Shown here one piece after another: positions 60,850 through 64,000 of a stretch of DNA of 64,000 bases. Below the pieces are notes generated by a model. That model was not told the DNA's origin. It saw only the letters and a program-made list of their open reading frames with translations, and made no database searches. Numbering within the stretch: the stretch's first letter is position 1; the number at the start of each line of letters is the position of its first letter. The translations under genes and the position numbers were made by a program. Source of the stretch: Thermodesulfobacteriota bacterium (lineage in GTDB: Bacteria > Desulfobacterota_D > UBA1144 > Nemesobacterales > Mycalebacteriaceae); contig OZ245366.1 in assembly GCA_965226585.1 (NCBI GenBank), positions 192,001 to 256,000 of the forward strand, given 5' to 3'.

Positions 60850-61090
60850 CCTTTGAGCAAATTTCAAAAGTTTTCCACAACAAAGTGGACAACTGCCATG
60901 ACTTGTGGAACGGGGAATTGTGGAAAAGTTGTGGAAGATTGTGGAAACACTATTGAAAAGACAGGGTCAGGTCTTGTTTATATCCAGTTAAGTGCTTGCA
61001 ATACAATGTTTTTTATTTCCGCATAGCGTTTGTTAACAGATGTGGAAAAAGTAAGGGTCAGGTCTTGAAGTTGTATTTTATCCACAGGTC
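60850..61090. other. Probable replication origin (oriC): DnaA-box cluster
   Basis: TTTTCCACA (60871); TGTGGAA boxes at 60904, 60919, 60930, 60940 and 61041; canonical TTATCCACA (61078); AT-rich; next to parS and mnmE. Confidence 0.72.
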
Positions 61091-61826
61091 GTATGCCTGA
61101 CAGGGAGTTTGTGGCAAAAACGAAATCCGCATGGCTCATATCTTCGGGTTGAATCATCAGTTCTGACACCTGAAAGCCGCTCTCGCGGGCTTTTTCCATC
61201 AAAAAGCCCCTTGTTATGCCCGGAAGTATCCCGCAGTGCTCAGGAGGCGTGAATATCTCCCCGTTTTTTCCCCAGAAGATGTTGCGGCACGTTGTTTCCG
61301 CCACACACCCGTCCTCCCCGCGCAGAAGGGCGTCATCAAAGCCCGCGTCTCCCGCCTCTCTCATTGCCGCAACATTTTCCAGATAATTAAGGGTTTTAAT
61401 CGCGGAAAGGGGCGAACTGTTCCTTGAATATCCCTTTTTTGAAAAAATTATTTTTAACGGAACCCCTGATAAATCATCGGTAATTTCGGTGACTGAAACA
61501 AGTATTTGAGAAAAACTCGGTTTTTCAAAAAAAGGAGAGGGCGGCGCGCCGGAAATAAGGCATATTTTAACGGCGCAGTCTGCAAAGCCGCTTTTTTCAA
61601 CCGCGCCCGCAATTTCCGCTTTTACGACTTCCGGGGGAGGAGAGGGAATTTCCAGAAATGCGGCGGCGCGTAAAAGTCTGTCAATGTGTCTTGAAATAAA
61701 AACCGGCGGCGCGCCTTTCCATCTCATTGTTTCAAAAACTCCGTCACCGTAAAAAACCGCTCTCGGAAAAATACCCTCAATATTTTTAATTTCTTTTCCG
61801 CCTGTGTATAAACGCTGTTTTGTCAT
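60978..61826 (-). CDS. pabC: Aminotransferase class IV (probable 4-amino-4-deoxychorismate lyase)
   Basis: YGDGVFETMR, HIDRL, KTLNYL, ILPGITR, TNSL; follows the pabB-like gene. Confidence 0.85.
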   Translation of the reverse strand: MTKQRLYTGGKEIKNIEGIFPRAVFYGDGVFETMRWKGAPPVFISRHIDRLLRAAAFLEIPSPPPEVVKAEIAGAVEKSGFADCAVKICLISGAPPSPFFEKPSFSQILVSVTEITDDLSGVPLKIIFSKKGYSRNSSPLSAIKTLNYLENVAAMREAGDAGFDDALLRGEDGCVAETTCRNIFWGKNGEIFTPPEHCGILPGITRGFLMEKARESGFQVSELMIQPEDMSHADFVFATNSLSGIRPVDKIQLQDLTLTFSTSVNKRYAEIKNIVLQALNWI

Positions 61827-61837
61827 AATAAATCCGT

Positions 61838-63073
61838 TTATTTTGTCATCCCCGCCGCATTCCTGAGAGCTTTGAGTTTCAAGGCGGTTTCCTGAAACTC
61901 TTTTTCGGGGTCTGAATCCCAGACAATTCCCGCGCCGCTCCAGCAGAACGCGGAGGAAGAGAAAATTTGCAAACATCTTATTGAAACGCTGAGACAGAAA
62001 TCGCCGCCGGGATAAAAAACACCCGCCGCTCCGCAATAGGGTCCCCTTGAATGCTGCTCAAGGGAATCTATAATTTCCAGCGCTTTCGGCTTGGGCGCTC
62101 CCGTAACCGAGCCCGGGGGGAATGTTTTTTTTATTATTTCGGGAACGGAAATGTTTTCTCTGAGAACGCCTTCCACTTCAGATTCCATGTGAAAAAGCGT
62201 TTCATACGATTTAATGTTGAAAACGGATTTTGTTTTCACACTTGACGGAACACATATCCTGCTGAGGTCGTTTCTCATCAGGTCGGTTATCATCAGTATT
62301 TCCGCTTTTTCCTTTTCACTGGAAGCGAGGGATTGCTTCATAATTAAATCCTCATCCGGACTCTCCCCGCGTTTTACCGTTCCCTTTATCGGACGCGAAA
62401 CCACCTTGCCGCCCGTTTTTTTCAAAAACAGCTCCATTGAGCCGCTTAAAAACTGAAAACATCCGAAATCCATATACGCGGCAAAGGGAACCGGCTGGGA
62501 ATTAAAAAGATCCATAAAAAAACCACCCGGCTCTTCGGGGGGCGGAAACTCCCACGCCTCAGACAAATTCACCTGATAGACATCTCCTTTTTCTATGAAT
62601 GTTTTAATTTTCCACACGTTTTCCACAAACTTTTTCTCCCGCGAATTAAAATTGAACTCCTCTGCGGTTCGGCGCGGGAGACGGCGCGTAAAAAACTCTT
62701 CGCCGATTTTTTCCGAGTGCGTTACGGAACTTTCAGGATAAAAATGAAAACTCACAACGGGCGGCGGGTTTTTTGAGGTTTTTTCGCGTAGGTTTGCCTT
62801 AACAAAACGGCCGTCATCGGAATTGGTCAGATACTCATATCCGATAAAGCCGACCGCGACATATCCGCCGGATGTTTTTTTTTCTATTTCCTCAAGCGGG
62901 TCACCGGTGATTTCACGGCTTTTTCCGCCTGAAAATATCACGGAGCCTGAGGATGATGAAGAGAGGGTGAATTCCGGTTTTCCGAAGGCAAGACAGCCGC
63001 CTGAGCCATCCCCAAGCCAGCCGCCCCCGGAATCAAGAAGCAGGGCGGACGGAAACTCATTTTCTGTCCGCAT
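61838..63073 (-). CDS. pabB: Aminodeoxychorismate synthase component I / anthranilate synthase-like
   Basis: GDVYQVNLS, SMELFL, PIKGT, DLMRNDL, FPPGSVTGAPK, RGPYCG. Confidence 0.88.
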   Translation of the reverse strand: MRTENEFPSALLLDSGGGWLGDGSGGCLAFGKPEFTLSSSSSGSVIFSGGKSREITGDPLEEIEKKTSGGYVAVGFIGYEYLTNSDDGRFVKANLREKTSKNPPPVVSFHFYPESSVTHSEKIGEEFFTRRLPRRTAEEFNFNSREKKFVENVWKIKTFIEKGDVYQVNLSEAWEFPPPEEPGGFFMDLFNSQPVPFAAYMDFGCFQFLSGSMELFLKKTGGKVVSRPIKGTVKRGESPDEDLIMKQSLASSEKEKAEILMITDLMRNDLSRICVPSSVKTKSVFNIKSYETLFHMESEVEGVLRENISVPEIIKKTFPPGSVTGAPKPKALEIIDSLEQHSRGPYCGAAGVFYPGGDFCLSVSIRCLQIFSSSAFCWSGAGIVWDSDPEKEFQETALKLKALRNAAGMTK

Positions 63074-63084
63074 TGTTAACCCCG

Positions 63085-64000
63085 TCAGGAATCCGACTTG
63101 ACGACTGAATCCCTGAGAATTTCAGCGACATCTTTTATCTGTATTTCTTCCGATTTGCCTTTGTATTTCGCCGCATCGTCAAACATCGTGTTGCAGAAAT
63201 AGCACGCAGTCGCGAGAGTGTCGGGCTTGAGGGCTTCGGCTTCATCAAACCTGTTCCAGTTCACCCTTGGAGACTCCTCCTCCATCCACACCTTTCCGCC
63301 ACCGGCGCCGCAGCAGAAACTGTTGCGTTTGGAGCGTTTCATCTCAACAAGGTCTATGCCGGATATGGACTTCAAAATCTCTCTGGGGGAGTCGTATATG
63401 TTGTTGTATCTGCCTATGTAGCAGGAGTCGTGATAGGTGATTTTCTCAGAAACCTCCCCTTCGGGTCTGATTTTTCCCTGTTTTACAAGATCAAGCAGGA
63501 AATCCGTGTGGTGAACCACATCATACTCGCCGCCGAACTGCGGATACTCGTTTTTGATTGTGTTGAAACAGTGCGGGCAGTTGGTGAGGATTTTTTTCAC
63601 CTTCAGGTCGTTCATGGTCTCAACATTCTGAGTCGCAAGTTCCTGATAAAGCGCCTCCTCTCCGAGCCGTCTGGCGGGGTCTCCGCTACAGGTTTCGGAA
63701 GGACCCATCACGGCGAAATCCACTCCCGACTTCACGAGAAGATCCACAACCGCCCTTGAAACCTCCTGCCCTCTGGGGTCAAACGCCCCGAAACAGCCCA
63801 TCCAGTACACAACTTCCACCGGCTCTGCGCTTTCAAGATCTTTTCCCAGTACGCGGACGCCGTCAACATCCGACAGCCAAGCCGCGCGGTCTGCGCCGTC
63901 AAAACCCCACGGATTGCCGTAGTTCTGCAGTTTTTGCAGAGTCCGGGTCGCGGGACCGGTCAGTTTTCCTTCAAGGGTCAGGTACCTGCGCATATCCACT
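63085..64000 (-). CDS. Fe-S oxidoreductase with two CCG domains (HdrD/GlpC/FadF-like), 5'-truncated by the window
   Basis: GNPWG, GC, CSG, CPHC, TYHDSCYIGR, CCGAGGG, ACYFC. Confidence 0.9.
   Translation of the reverse strand, partial: VDMRRYLTLEGKLTGPATRTLQKLQNYGNPWGFDGADRAAWLSDVDGVRVLGKDLESAEPVEVVYWMGCFGAFDPRGQEVSRAVVDLLVKSGVDFAVMGPSETCSGDPARRLGEEALYQELATQNVETMNDLKVKKILTNCPHCFNTIKNEYPQFGGEYDVVHHTDFLLDLVKQGKIRPEGEVSEKITYHDSCYIGRYNNIYDSPREILKSISGIDLVEMKRSKRNSFCCGAGGGKVWMEEESPRVNWNRFDEAEALKPDTLATACYFCNTMFDDAAKYKGKSEEIQIKDVAEILRDSVVKSDS

Noticed and set aside
61827..62036. 70-aa N-terminal extension of pabC in the ORF track
   Set aside because: It overlaps pabB in another frame. ATG 61826 gives a normal-length class IV aminotransferase.

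Overview
A gene-dense bacterial chromosome segment of moderate GC, mostly housekeeping genes: gap-pgk-fbaB, argC, two cysteine desulfurases, cofE, an RND pump, HU, lepA, rpmG-rpmB, fabH, an acyl-CoA carboxylase, gltX fused to coaE, rplM-rpsI, ino1, a sigma-70 factor, sodA, tilS, ihfA, pheT, mnmE and pabB/pabC. The organism is a diderm (TonB-dependent receptor, beta-barrels, lipoproteins) that probably uses F420. The gene mix is reminiscent of Candidatus Dadabacteria/Desulfobacterota, but that is my impression, not a database result. The right end carries two perfect parS palindromes and a dense DnaA-box cluster after mnmE, so it is the likely oriC. The most unusual parts are: (1) an AT-rich defence-like island at about 33.2-38.2 kb, where a 70-bp-period array of palindromes precedes a class II Fic gene and an McrBC pair whose McrB seems to carry three separate DNA-reader domains; (2) a highly structured, apparently multi-state RNA leader in front of an orphan outer-membrane protein gene at about 58.5 kb; (3) a GluRS-CoaE fusion; (4) several single AT-rich orphan genes (HhH-GPD glycosylase, PD-(D/E)XK nuclease, Cys-rich membrane protein) inserted between core genes. 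I found no rRNA, tRNA, integrase, transposase or true CRISPR array. All calls come from reading motifs by eye.
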